In this document: positions 1 through 11,605 of the stretch, one piece after another
Layout: the number at the start of each line of letters is the position of its first letter
Numbering within the stretch: the first letter of the stretch is position 1
Assembly: GCF_000143415.4 (NCBI RefSeq)
Contig: NW_003314267.1
Coordinates: forward strand, 124,001 to 188,000
Reading direction: 5' to 3'
Origin: Selaginella moellendorffii
Taxonomy: Eukaryota > Plantae > Lycopodiophyta
Length of the DNA stretch: 64,000 nucleotides
Program-made: the position numbers and the translations under genes
The notes under the pieces: generated by a model
What the model was told of the DNA's origin: nothing
The model's database searches: none
What the model saw: only the letters and a program-made list of their open reading frames with translations

Positions 1-1492
1 TCTCTTGATTCTTCATGTTGTCTAATAACCATAAATGCAACACATGGAAGAATATAAACTGCTATACTGGAGAGGAAAGATCCCACAACTGAGTTTATCG
101 ATCCAAAAAATGGTAGCATAAGTGCAAATAAACATATTATAAGCACAATGGGTATCCTTGCAAAATATTTTATAGTTTGGTTATTGGAGTGATGAATGCC
201 TAGCATCTTTTCCCACATTGCAAAAACAGGAACTATAAATGCTGCAAACTCAATTATCTGCACAATAAAAGTTTGTGAATTACAATGTAAACTTAAGAAA
301 TAAACCTTTTGACCTGATGAGCTAGCATGAGAATTACTGCTATAGTCTTAAATTTAGATGGAGAAAAAACGGCAAGAGCATTTGGATGTTCAAGCATTTT
401 ATCTCCAAACCTCCAATATACACTTATTGCAGATGGTAATGTAAGTGTGAGAATATAGAGAATGGCATAGACATAAACAAACTTGAATTTTCTTGGCTGG
501 TCCATAGCTTCTATTATCTCCCTTCATTGAAAGTATAGGCCTTTGTAAGGAAATATGATTTTGTTGATACTTACAGGGTTAGAGCATGACTGCCAAATGT
601 GTAAATAATATTTGTAGTTCCTGTGAAGTACTCAACTGAGCTTGTTGGGCCTGTATGTACAGCATTCTGATGCTGCAAAGCAAACATTATATATTCCAGA
701 GTTTAATTTTCAGAATCTCCTACCTTTTCAAAAAATAGTGCAGCAATTGTCATGTACCAAGCAGTGTAACTTGTCATAAAAACACCTAAGAACATCCAAA
801 GGTGATAATTGCGAGCCATTCGAATGAATAATGTAGAGAAACATATAGCTCCAAAAATATATGTCCAAGTCCTTTTATCAAGGTTGTCATTTATGTACCA
901 TACAGTGCTGTAGTCCAATTTTAAGAATTATACAAGATCCTTATTAAAATACTCACTTCCCACAAGCTACCAACTGAATTGTTGCAGCACTCAACATCAG
1001 CATGCAGTTGAATAGCAAACCAAGTGCTTTCCACCATCGACCCAAAAGGGCTTCCAAAACTTCATACCACTGCCACCAAAGCATTTGTTCATAGAAGATC
1101 TTATGAGAAATTCATTCCTTTTCAGACCTGAATAATATGATTTTCTTTTCGTAATTTTTGCGAGTCTAATATCCAAATATAATCAGCATACAGGGATGTA
1201 GTCATATAGCAGCTCCAACATCCAAGAGCGCCATATAAAAGCTGAAATACCACTCCTGATGCCAGCCCCATTTGAGCAAAAGAGTGTGGGAGCGTAAGAA
1301 GAACTTGCGCTACCTACAAGAGTGAAGAAAAATTCCAAATCTACAAAGTAAAATGTGCTGTAGAGAAGCATTTACTTGCACAGTAGTGGCTGTGAGCCAT
1401 GCATCAAACGCGGAGCCTCGCCGGAGGAAAACTCTACTAATCTGATCTTCCATTGCACTAGTTCTAGTGCTTCTATTTCCAAAGGATTCCAT
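1..1492 (-). CDS. AUX1/LAX-like amino acid/auxin permease (AAAP family), divergent, multi-exon; 3' end runs off the window start
   Basis: Spliced exons give GSAFDAWLTATTVQ|VAQVLLTLPHSFAQMGL, HIIQ|WYEVLEALLGRWWKALGLLFNC, YINDNLDKRTWTYIFGA, YTFGSHAL, EAMDQPRKFKFVY...LTLTLPSAISVYWRFGD and PFFGSINSVVGSFL, all collinear with AUX1/LAX. Start is ATG 1492 or 1453. Confidence 0.88.
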
Positions 1493-1693
1493 GAGAATGT
1501 AGAGTTCGGTATTGCGTACTCCCAAAGCTTATCGCTTTTAGAGCCCTTGCAGTCAAGTTCCAAGTCTTTTGAGGATATGAAAACGATTTGGCAGGCAAAG
1601 GACTTCCGTTTTGTCCAAATCAGATGACATCACAGACTCGGAATTCAAGTCAAGAATTTTACGTTGAAGGATTGCCATTTTCGAAGGAACAAA

Positions 1694-2008
1694 CTAGAAC
1701 AAGTCAAGTGTACAAAAACGTGAATTGTCGCAAGCACAAAAATCCTTGCGTCCTGCCGCAAGGAATTTAAACCTTTGATCGATCAGTGCGTCTTTCTTCG
1801 TTGTCTGGGTTTCTCTGTCATGACCTTGTAGATCCAAAATGCCTGCTTGGACGGATAAACAAAAGAAAGAAAAGATAGCCAAAGAGCTTACAAATGCGAG
1901 AAGATGCGCCACGACGAGCGCCACAACGAGGAAAGGAACGTATCTTACGAGCGTGGGATTGTCCGCGGCAGCATGGCGATGGAATCTAGCACTGCTCTTG
2001 AGCTCCAT
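1694..2008 (-). CDS. Small orphan ORF with one hydrophobic segment (104 aa), uncertain
   Basis: ATG-initiated ORF with TM-like stretch VPFLVVALVVAHLLAFVSSLAIFSFFCLSV, which resembles the TM tail of the neighbouring ORF at 2055-2942. Confidence 0.3.
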   Translation of the reverse strand: MELKSSARFHRHAAADNPTLVRYVPFLVVALVVAHLLAFVSSLAIFSFFCLSVQAGILDLQGHDRETQTTKKDALIDQRFKFLAAGRKDFCACDNSRFCTLDLF

Positions 2009-2054
2009 TTTTCCGCCCCAAAAGCCCTAGCCCTCAGTTAAAATGCCCTAAACT

Positions 2055-3080
2055 CTAAAATGCATGGAGAGAATTATCGTCAAAAGAAGAATAAACTGAG
2101 TAATTTAGAGCCGACGAGTTGATCGATCCCACACGATTCCTCTCACGCTTCCGCCAAGGCGTTAAGTCCGACCTCCTCATGCCGACGAGCACGGAGATGC
2201 AAAACAGTATGAAGACGAAGGCGAGCACCGCAACGACCGGGAGCAGCACTAGTCCTGATGCCACTGCCGCTGCTCCAAAACTGCCGCCGATCCTCAGGCG
2301 CGAGCTGCTCTCGCTGCAAATGCTAGCGCCGGGGGTGATGCCCAAGGGATCCAGGCAAAGCAAGCTCCGCCGGTGCTCCCACAAGGATCGATCCACTTCC
2401 TGCTCAGTAACACCGCGACCTTCTTCGAGAGGATATGGAAAAACGCGAGACCGACGCGTCCCTCGCTGGCGATGTCGACCGGAGCTGCTTCCAAATTCGA
2501 GACCAACGCGTCCCTCGCTGGTGGTGTCGACCAGAGCTGCTCCTGCGACGCTGGTTGAGGAGGGGAGTCCCATTCTCGCCACTTCTTCCACTATCTCGGG
2601 AAGAGCTGCAACCTTAAGAGTCGACAGAGCTGCTGCTTGAACACCATCCTTGAGAGTCGACCGAATCACTGCGTGATCGACTTTTCCCACTCCTGCTGGA
2701 TAAGGGAGAGCCAACGGTTGACCACCACTCACGGCTAGAGATGGATCTTTTCCTGTGCAATCCGGTGAGTCCGAGCTAGTTGAGGATGGGAGTCCCAAGG
2801 TGGCGGATCCTTGACACGCCAAGGTGGCGGAGACTCCATTCTCGCCGCTTCTTCCAACGGGAGTGCCAAGGTTGGTGCTGCTAGAGATGGATCTCATGAC
2901 ACACCAAGGTGGTGGCGACTCCATTCTCACCACTTCTTCCAACTCGGGATCCGGAGTGCCAATGTTGATGCTGCTAGACTAGAGATGGAAACTTCGCAGC
3001 TCTCATGACACACCAAGGTGGTCTCGCCACCTCTTCCAACTCAGGATCCGGGAGTGCCAATGTTGGTGGCTGCTTGTCAT
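2055..3080 (-). pseudogene. Orphan internally repeated ORF or pseudogene with C-terminal TM segment
   Basis: 295-codon open frame containing repeats (EEV.RM..P; A..VD..SEGRVGL) and a TM stretch LVLLPVVAVLAFVFILFCISVLVG. Further repeat copies at 2943-3080 are out of frame or contain stops. Confidence 0.4.
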
Positions 3081-3307
3081 GAGAGTATCTAGAGTATCTC
3101 TCAGCGCGCTGGCTTATACACAAAAACAAAAGCAAAAACCTGCAAGAACCGAGGCAGCTTGAGAATTATGACGAGTCGATAAACCACCTTAAAAATCTTG
3201 CTCATTGTTGAAGTAGTTAAAAAGTACATACTTTTTACTCTTATGTTGGATACTTTCAGCTAGAATGCTTTTACAAACTTTTTGAAAAATTTGGGACTCT
3301 CTTTTCG

Positions 3308-5003
3308 TCAGCATACAACACTCTTCTCTTCTACATCCGGTATGACAACATCGCTCCTCATAAAAGGCTTCCACTTCACGGGCACCCGAGCACCTGCTTG
3401 CACACACAGCTCCACCACTGCGGGTGCCTGTCCATAGTACCGCCGCAGCTCCGGCCGCAGAGCCGGGCTATGGCCGCTCGGGACGTGCCACACGAAATTC
3501 GGAGGAAAGATATCGCTCAGCGCGGCCTCTTGCCACCCGTGCTTGCCATCCCGCTGCTGGTGCTTGAAAGCTCCGCAAATCTTCACCCGGTGGCCGCGAG
3601 GCCCGACGTGGATCTCGGGACAGTAACCGCACGCCTTGACAACGTACTTCTTCATCATCAGCTGGACCCCCTTCCTCACCGTGTGGAACGCCTCGATAGT
3701 TCTCTCGGCCGTCGCCACTATCTCGTCTCTTGCCGGATCAAAAACTCTTCCCTCCAGGAAGCTCTCTTCACTACCTTGGGCCTCTTCTTCGATTCCGCCA
3801 ACTTGGTCTTCTTCTTCTTCTTCTTCTTCTTCTTCGTCTTCTTCCCTGTTAGTGGTTTCCAGCTCTTCGTCCCCATCCTCGGCTTCGTTCGGCTCCCCAA
3901 AGATGGTGTTGTCAGTCCCTGGCCTTAGCATCTTGCGGACAAATCTCCCTTCCTTGGTCGAGTCTTTCCTGCCCGCAGTGTGCCCGGAATCGCCAGGAAA
4001 TCCCGTATACGGCTTGAGCAGCCGGGACTCGGCAACTTGAGCTCGGCCGCTGCCGACCTGCCTGCCGGATATCCTGGCCCATCTCACCACCGGATAGTCC
4101 GGATGCTCGTAGCCAGCTTGGATGCAGAGCTCGGTGATGGCACACAGCCTGGGAACCGAGAACCTTTGCTCGTGGATGATCGGAGACGCCAGCCTATCCA
4201 GGATGTGGTAGCACTCTGTTGGAACGAGCACGTCCGGGGGATAGGCTTTTATCCACGCGTGAGCGCCTCGCCGTGAAGCACAGCCGGAGCCTTTGCAAGT
4301 TCTTATCAGGTGGCCGGACGCTCCAACATGGATGTCTTTGCAGCAACTGTGTGAAGATCACTGTGTCAAGACTTTAGAAATGACTACAAAGCAGAGACGA
4401 GAGACGAGAGACTTACCTGCAAGCTTGCACCGGAACAACTTCCATGAGTTTCTTCACCCCTTCTTCCAGGATTCCGAGCTGCTTCATCACCTCGTACGCC
4501 ACGGGAATGAGGCGCTCCACGAGCATCCCGTTGCGTGGAGCGTCCCAAAAGTGTGGTATCAGCCCCAGCTTCTTCCTTCGTCGGCTCTCCCGGAGGACGA
4601 GCTTGATCGGCCTCACGTATGGTCTCTTCTTGTTGGTCGGGAGAACCGGCGGTAGATCGAGGTTCTGCGGGAACACGTACTCTGGGACCGAGTGGAAAAC
4701 ATCCTTCGATCCGGGAGAACTTTGCTGGCACATTCTAACGGAGTAGAGTCTGGAGATTTTTCTTCCTTTTCCGATGGTCTGGATCGAGAAAACAGAAGAA
4801 CAAGTGAGGCAAATGCAATGCAAAGCTCTCGAAATCTTCAATCAGAACGAACGCATCGCATTTTCACAAGGAGAAGCGCCAAAATCAGAGGCACTCACCT
4901 GAAATCCAGGCGCGCAATGCCGCTGAGAGGAAATCCGGCTCCGAGCGCCTAGAAACGAGCACGGGCATCCGCTGGCCAGGGCCGCATTGCTCTCCCCCGC
5001 CAT
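3308..5003 (-). CDS. APO-domain (ACCUMULATION OF PHOTOSYSTEM ONE family) organellar RNA-binding protein, ~501 aa, 3 exons (5003-4899, 4778-4417, 4346-3308)
   Basis: Two APO repeats (C..C.(D/E)IHVG..GH....C; VKACGYCPEIHVGPRGHRVKIC...HGWQEA...PPNFVWHVP; RYYGQAPAVVELCVQAGA). GT-AG junctions join in frame to 1506 nt, and the N-terminus looks like a transit peptide. Confidence 0.9.
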
Positions 5004-5393
5004 AGCCAGTCACTATAAACCCTAAATAAATCTTTTCTATGCCCAGGACAAAGCATCCACTCCCGGCAAAGAAGCAAAGGTACTTGATCAAGAGATGGGC
5101 AGTGGGCGCTCTCCAAGATAGAGCCAAGTTTATCTTCGACAACATCGAATCCACCAGGTAGTCTTCTCTCTCTCTCTTTCTCGCCATTCTCACTCCATCT
5201 CTTTTCATCCAGACAAATGGCCCGGTCTTTGAAAAGTCTGCTGGACGAAGCGATCGAGCTCGCAAGAAAAGGCAAAGGATAGCAAGATCATCGCTTACTC
5301 GCAAGCTCCAAACCAAAGAAAAACCAATCGCTATCACTTGTACAAGTAGGTAGTGCTAGAAACTAGAAATCCAAACCTTCGAGCGATCGTTCT

Positions 5394-8300
5394 TTAGTGG
5401 ACGATGTGCTCCAGCTTCTTCGGCCTCTTGTAGTATTTGAGTAGCAGCGACGAGCACACGACGCTCACGGACGAGGCCGCCATGGCAGCTCCAGCGATCC
5501 ATGGTGGAAGCCGGAACCTCGCGGAAGGATAGAGCGCTCCAGCCGCGATTGGGATTCCCAGGACGTTGTATCCCAGAGCCCAGGCGTAGTTGAGTCGGAT
5601 CCTCGAGAACGTCTTCCTGGACAAGTCGATGGCGGTGACCACGTCCTCGAGGTGGCTCTTCATGAGAACTATGTCCGCGGCCTCGATCGCTATGTCCGTG
5701 CCGGCACCAATGGCAACTCCAACGTCCGCGGCAACCAGAGCTGGGGAATCGTTGATACCATCTCCGACCATTGCGACCACCATGCCCGCGCTCTAAAGTT
5801 TCAAAACCAAAGCTTTAGTCTCGAGCTTGGAAAGAGAAATGGCCAACTTACTTGCAACTCCTTGACTCTCTCGGCCTTGGCTTTTGGATCGGCCTCGGCG
5901 ATCACGTCCTCCGTCCGGATACCAACCTCTCGAGCAACCGCGAGAGCTGTGCCTCGGTTATCTCCAGTCACTATGATGGTCTTGATCTTCATCAGCTTGA
6001 GCATGGAGATCACTGCCGGTGCCTCTGGTTTGATCGGGTCTGCTATGGAGATGATGCCCGTGAGTTCCCCGTCGACTGCAACCAGCACCGCCGTCCTGGC
6101 CAGCACTTCAACGTCCTTGAGCTGCTCTGAGGCTTCCAGAGGAAGTGAGACCCCGTTCTCAGACATGAGTTTTTGGTTCCCAACCAGCAGTCCTTTTCCC
6201 ATCACAACTGCTTGAATTCCCTGTCCAGGGATAGCTTTGAAATCCTCCACTTGCTGCTGCTCAAATGGTTCTTCTGCGCTCAGACCTTTTGCAAACTCGA
6301 CTATTGCCTTGGCTAGGGGATGCTCGCTGTTGGTCTGTGACAACAAAACCAAACATGTTAAAATACTTGTCGAGACGGAAACACATCCCTCGTACCTCGG
6401 CACTAGCAACGATCGTAAAGAACACCTTCAGAGCAATGTTCTGAAATAGCTTCGTGTTAACAACACTCGGCTCTCCCTTCGTAAGTGTACCCGTCTTGTC
6501 GAACACAATGCAGTCAACCTGAAAATAAACAGCTCAAGTACAACTCTCTCGGACGTGAACTACTTACGTTGCGTGCCATCTCCAAAGCAGCACCACCTTT
6601 GATAAGAACACCTTGCGTGGCTCCTTTTCCAGTTGAAACCATGACAGCAGTAGGCGTAGCAAGCCCCAGAGCGCAAGGACACGCAATGACCAGCACAGCG
6701 ATGCCGAATTGAAGTGCCAGTTCGAACTCGTCCATGCTCGATGGGATCCAAGACTTGGGATACCAGCTAGCTTTTCCAGCAGCAAACCACAGACCCCATG
6801 TTAAAGCTGATGCAAGAACAACCTGAAAGAAGTAAAAGAAGACCATCAGTCACACAACAGCGAAACATATACACGTACCATGGGAACGAAGTATCGAGAT
6901 ATACGATCAGCGAACTTCTGAACGGGAGCTTTGGCCATTTGTGCCGCCTCCACCAGTCTAACGATCTGTGCAAGAGCCGTCTCGGATCCAACATGAGTTG
7001 CCCGTACGTGAAGCACCCCGTTTTCGTTCATAGTCCCACCAATGACTTTGTCTCCGCCGTGTTTTGCAACCGGTCGAGCTTCACCAGTAATCATGCTCTC
7101 GTTTACGTGACTCTGTCCCCAAGTTACCTCTCCATCCGCTGGCACTTTGGAGCCAGGCAAGACTTTGACGATGTCGTTTCGTTGTATGAGCTGCGTACTT
7201 ATTTCACGCTCGGAAACAACGGTTCCTCCCTCGTCCACCGTGAGAAGGATGGCCGTATCCGGCGTAAGACTCATGAGTTTCGCAATGGCCTCCGACGTTT
7301 TCCCTTTGGCCAGAACCTCCAGGAACTTCCCCAGCAAGATAAACGATATGAGCATGGAACTCGTCTCGAAAAAGTCCGTCCCTTCGAAGGAATGGGACGT
7401 CGCAGATCGTAGAACAGTGTAGACCGAGTAGAAGTACGCAGCATTCGTTCCGAGAGCTATGAGAACGTCCATGTTGGCCGAGCCATGTCGCAGCGCATTG
7501 TAAGCCCCGACGTAGAAACGCCACCCAATGATGAACTGGACTGGTGTAGACAAGACCCAGCGCAGTATCTGTCCGATGGACAACATGTTGATCACCTTCT
7601 TCTCGATGTGTCTCTTGATGCCCGGAGTGTACATGAACACCATCCCCAGCAAGAACACCGGAACCGTGAAGATTATGCTCCATAAGAAGAGGTTCCAGTA
7701 GTGCTTGATCTCGGTCTTCATATCCGGACGACGGTCTGCTCCCATAGCCAAACGAGCTTTGTACATATTCGCCGGTCCCGTCTGCTCGATGATCTCTATG
7801 AAACATCGCGGTCCTGTTAAGTCCGGGTCGTAAGAAACCACCACTCTTTCCTCCGTAGGGAAAAGCTCCACCTCCGTCACCCCAGCCAAAGCCTCGAGCG
7901 AGGTGACGATGTTTCGAAAGCCTTCCTGCGAATGCACCCCTTCCAGCTGCAAGTGGACCTTGTTCCTCTCCTCTCCGGCGCTGATCAGCTCGGCCTCGAA
8001 GCCGACATCCTCCACAGCTTCCATAAGTTTCGCGCAGCTCACCACTCTGGGGTCATGGAGGATCTCAGCCTGCTCGGTGGCGAGAGCCACCACCGCAGTC
8101 TTCACCCCCTGGATCTTCCTGAGCGCCGCCTCGATCGAACCCGAGCACGACGTGCAAGTCATACCTCTGACACGGAGACGACACACTGTGGTCGACTGCT
8201 CGACAGGATCTTCCAAGAGGGCCGCGTCAAAGCCAGCGTCGACAATGGCTTCGCGGATAGTCTCTACCTGGGAAGTGGGAAAACAGGACAACGACGACTT

Positions 8301-8657
8301 TTAGATCGAAAGAAAAGTTCTTCGCTTCTAAAGAATAAAGAAAGAACTTACGTCAACGAAAGCTGGGTGAAAGACAACCTGGGCCTTCTCTTGGATCACC
8401 GCCACCGCCGCCTCTTTGATCCCCGGGAGTCTTTTGAGAGCCTTTTCGATAGATCCAGCACAGGCAGTGCATTCCATGCCGGTTACCTTGAAGGAGACGC
8501 TCTGGATTTGCGCGGCGTCGATGTCGGGCCTGGGCGGCGAGGGAGGATACCTCGGCATGGATGGATAGCGAGCGGGCAGGAGCACCGCCGCCGGATCGGG
8601 CGACGGCGATCCGTCGATCGCCTTGACAAGAACCATGTCGATGCCGCGATTCGACAT
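5394..8657 (-). CDS. HMA5: Copper-transporting P1B-type ATPase, HMA5-like, multi-exon
   Basis: Two HMA domains (GMECTAC, GMTCTSC) plus a degenerate third, [40 protein letters not shown] and MAASS motifs. Confidence 0.93.
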
Positions 8658-9000
8658 TGCGAGACCTGGGATCGACGAGGAATTGAGTGAAATTCAAACA
8701 AGAAAGCCTGTGATTATACAATACCCTAGGCGCTCCAAGATCGAAGAGGAAAGGATGAAGGGAATGCGAGCTTGCGATTGCCAGTGACAGCGCCTGCGCA
8801 GCGCCACCGATCAGTCAATGCGATGCGATCATGCGTGAGCAGATGCCGGGAGCTTTGCGTTTGAAAAAACCCTCGTCCCCAATCTCTACCGTCGATTTAA
8901 ATGGGCCACGTGTCCTCATTTTTAAAAACAAACGCTTAATCTATTTTAACTATTATATTTTAGTGCCAGTTTTGACTTTATTGCAAGCTCCAAAATCTCA

Positions 9001-10992
9001 ATGTCTACGAATTATGCCCAGAATGGGCATCTAGAAAAGATCGAGTGCGTGTGTGTGCCCGCAAATCCAGAAGATACCATTTCATGGAATAAAGTTTTAG
9101 CCGCTTATTCTAGGAACGGGAATATACGAGGGGCGGAGATTTGTTTTAATTCCATTCCATATAAGAGCATAGTATCGTGGAACACAATGCTCTCGGCATA
9201 TGCCCAAGAGAGGCATTTTCTTAAATCGAAGCATCTTTTTGATGTAATGCCGGATCGGAATGAGGTTTCGTGGAATGCGATGTTGGCGGCCTATGCAGAA
9301 AGTGGGGATTTAAATGGAGCAAAGGATATTTTTGATAAGATGCCCTTTTGGAGTGTAGTTTCTTGGAACTCGTTGATATCGGCATATTCACAAAATGACC
9401 AGTTCAGTGAGGCTAAATCCCTATTTGATAAACTTCCAGATCTGAGTGTGGTTTCATACAACACTATGATTTCAGCCTATTGTCGAAACTGTGATGTTGA
9501 GTCAGCCAAGATTCTCTTCGAACAAATGCCACAAAAGAATCTAGCATCTTGGAACTCCATGCTTGCAGCATATTTCCAGCTTGGGGACATTCCCGCAGCA
9601 TCAGAAACCTTTGACGCAATGCCAGAAAGGAATCTTGTATCTTGGATAACAATCCTTCAAGTATATACCCGTGCTGGGCATCTAAGTGGAGCTAAACAAG
9701 TCTTTGACTCAATGCCTCACAGCACTGTTCTCGCTTGGAATATACTTTTGCAAGCTTACTGTGAGGCACATGAATCACGGGCAGTTCTCCTTTTTAGACA
9801 GATTCCTCAATGGGATCTCAGGTCCTGGAATATACTCCTTGCAGAATATGCCCGAAAAGGGCATATCTATCAGGCTCAGGAAGTGTTTGATTCCATGCCT
9901 GAGAGGGACATTGTTTCATGGGCGGCATTGCTCCACGCATATTCTCATGCGAACGAAATAGATACCGCCAAAAGGGTTTTTCACTCTATGCCCCAACATG
10001 ACATTGTCTCATGGACTACATTGTTAGCAGCCTTAAACGAAAAACAAGCAGAGATCACATTCTTTGAAAATATGCCCGAGTGGAATTTAATCTCTTGGAA
10101 CATCATGCTGGCTTCCTACGCAAGGAGTGGCAACGTGATCAAAGCGAAGACTATGTTTGACCGGATGCCCAGTCAAAGCTTAGTTGCGTGTACGTCTATG
10201 GTCACCGCATATTCTCAGAATGGTGACTTAGAGATGGCCAAATCCACGTATGATAAGATGCCCATACGTAATGCCAAAGTAAGTAATGCTTTACTTCACG
10301 CTTTTGTAAGAAGTGGATGTATAGAGGAAGGCATGGCTATGTTCAAATCGATGGTAGATGTGAATTTGGTATCATGGACAATAGTTCTGGAGATGCTCGT
10401 CGGGTCAGGGAATCTTCTCGAGGCTCATGGCATTTGGGAGGATATGCCCGAGAAGGGCATGTTTGCATGGAATATAATGCTGAAAAGGTATGCCCAAGCC
10501 GGGCTAGCGAGCCAGTTCTTTGAAAAAATGCCAATGAAAGATCTAGTTTCGTGGACGACGATGGTGGTCACGCTTGGTGGGAAAAGATCGCTGGAGCCCT
10601 TCAGGAGGATGGAGCAAGAGGGCTTGGAGCCGGATACTACGAGCTTGTTGAGCGTTCTAGGAGCTTGTAGCCACGAAGGAATGCTCGAACAAGGGTGCTG
10701 CTTCTTCCGGTCCATGGAAAGCGATTACGGGATCACTCCTCGGCAGGAGCACTACTGCTGTTTGATCGACATTCTCGGGAAGTCCGGGCACACGGAGCGG
10801 GCCGAGGCCTTGATCCAAGCGATGCCTTGGCTGGCGGACGGAGCTTCCTGGGGGGCGTTTCTTGGAGCGTGTAGATTGCACTCTAGAGTCACGCAAGGGA
10901 TACGAGCTGCGAGGGGACTTCACGAGGTGGATTATGATGATCCTGCCTCTCACTTGCTGGTGATGGATATGATCCTACATTCAAAGAACTGA
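9001..10992 (+). CDS. PLS-class pentatricopeptide repeat protein with E domain and no DYW (663 aa, intronless)
   Basis: Tandem ~31-aa motifs (F..MP....VSWN.ML.AY...G....A), then VLGACSHEG...YGITPRQEHYCCLIDILGKSG...MPW..D..SWGAFLGACRLH (E1/E2). Confidence 0.92.
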   Translation: MSTNYAQNGHLEKIECVCVPANPEDTISWNKVLAAYSRNGNIRGAEICFNSIPYKSIVSWNTMLSAYAQERHFLKSKHLFDVMPDRNEVSWNAMLAAYAESGDLNGAKDIFDKMPFWSVVSWNSLISAYSQNDQFSEAKSLFDKLPDLSVVSYNTMISAYCRNCDVESAKILFEQMPQKNLASWNSMLAAYFQLGDIPAASETFDAMPERNLVSWITILQVYTRAGHLSGAKQVFDSMPHSTVLAWNILLQAYCEAHESRAVLLFRQIPQWDLRSWNILLAEYARKGHIYQAQEVFDSMPERDIVSWAALLHAYSHANEIDTAKRVFHSMPQHDIVSWTTLLAALNEKQAEITFFENMPEWNLISWNIMLASYARSGNVIKAKTMFDRMPSQSLVACTSMVTAYSQNGDLEMAKSTYDKMPIRNAKVSNALLHAFVRSGCIEEGMAMFKSMVDVNLVSWTIVLEMLVGSGNLLEAHGIWEDMPEKGMFAWNIMLKRYAQAGLASQFFEKMPMKDLVSWTTMVVTLGGKRSLEPFRRMEQEGLEPDTTSLLSVLGACSHEGMLEQGCCFFRSMESDYGITPRQEHYCCLIDILGKSGHTERAEALIQAMPWLADGASWGAFLGACRLHSRVTQGIRAARGLHEVDYDDPASHLLVMDMILHSKN

Positions 10993-11031
10993 AGAGAAAC
11001 GAGCTTGGTCGAGAGAAAGAAATGGTAAACA

Positions 11032-11149
11032 CTGACCAAGTTTGGAGCTATCGGTTAAGATGCAGCGTGTTGGAGATCCGTCCGAGCTAGTGAACTCAAC
11101 CTTGACATCGTGGACTCTGGAATGTACATGCTACACTGCCTCCCTCTTC
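11032..11149. pseudogene. Scrambled copy of the last exon and 3' UTR of the cyclase gene
   Basis: 11032-11087 matches 40380-40436 directly, and 11094-11149 matches the reverse complement of 40446-40501. Confidence 0.85.
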
Positions 11150-11364
11150 CTGTAGCTTTAGCAGCTAGAGCTGTGTTTCTCAAGCGAAGAGTATTCACAT
11201 CTTCACTGAAAACAAATTAAAACTATATTATAAAAGGGATTTTCCACAAAACTTTTCCATGTGAATTAAAGTTTTGGATTATTTCTAGTTGAAAAAATTA
11301 TGATTTGAAAGAGTGAGTACCACAGTTGACCCAAAACCATTCAGAAGTGATGCTTTTAACTTTC

Positions 11365-11605
11365 TGTAGACATCCTGATGATACATACAACCGCATTTGG
11401 ATGTCCAACTTGTTGTTTTCCACTTTTCATGTGTGTAAAGCGGTCGAGGTGCGATCAAGCTCGCCACTGCTGGTGCTGTGCAGTATCTTGTGGCGGACAG
11501 TCGTGCCATATGGAGAGTTGACTGGGGTTTCTGGCAGCGGTGGTGGTGTGTGTGGTGCACACGGGGTTCATGAATTCTTCTTGCAACAAGATCTTATTAA
11601 GGTGA
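11365..11605 (+). pseudogene. Isolated exon-like fragments; the first resembles the malectin-like RLK motif (R)YPDD.YDRIW
   Basis: tgtag|ACATCCTGATGATACATACAACCGCATTTGG encodes HPDDTYNRIW. A GC-richer segment follows and ends at a donor-like AAG|gtgaga at 11600. Confidence 0.4.

Noticed and set aside
4885-5337. 150-aa and 108-aa ORFs between HMA5 and APO
   Set aside because: They span the HMA5 3' UTR and APO promoter. The spliceable APO start is ATG 5003 in another frame.
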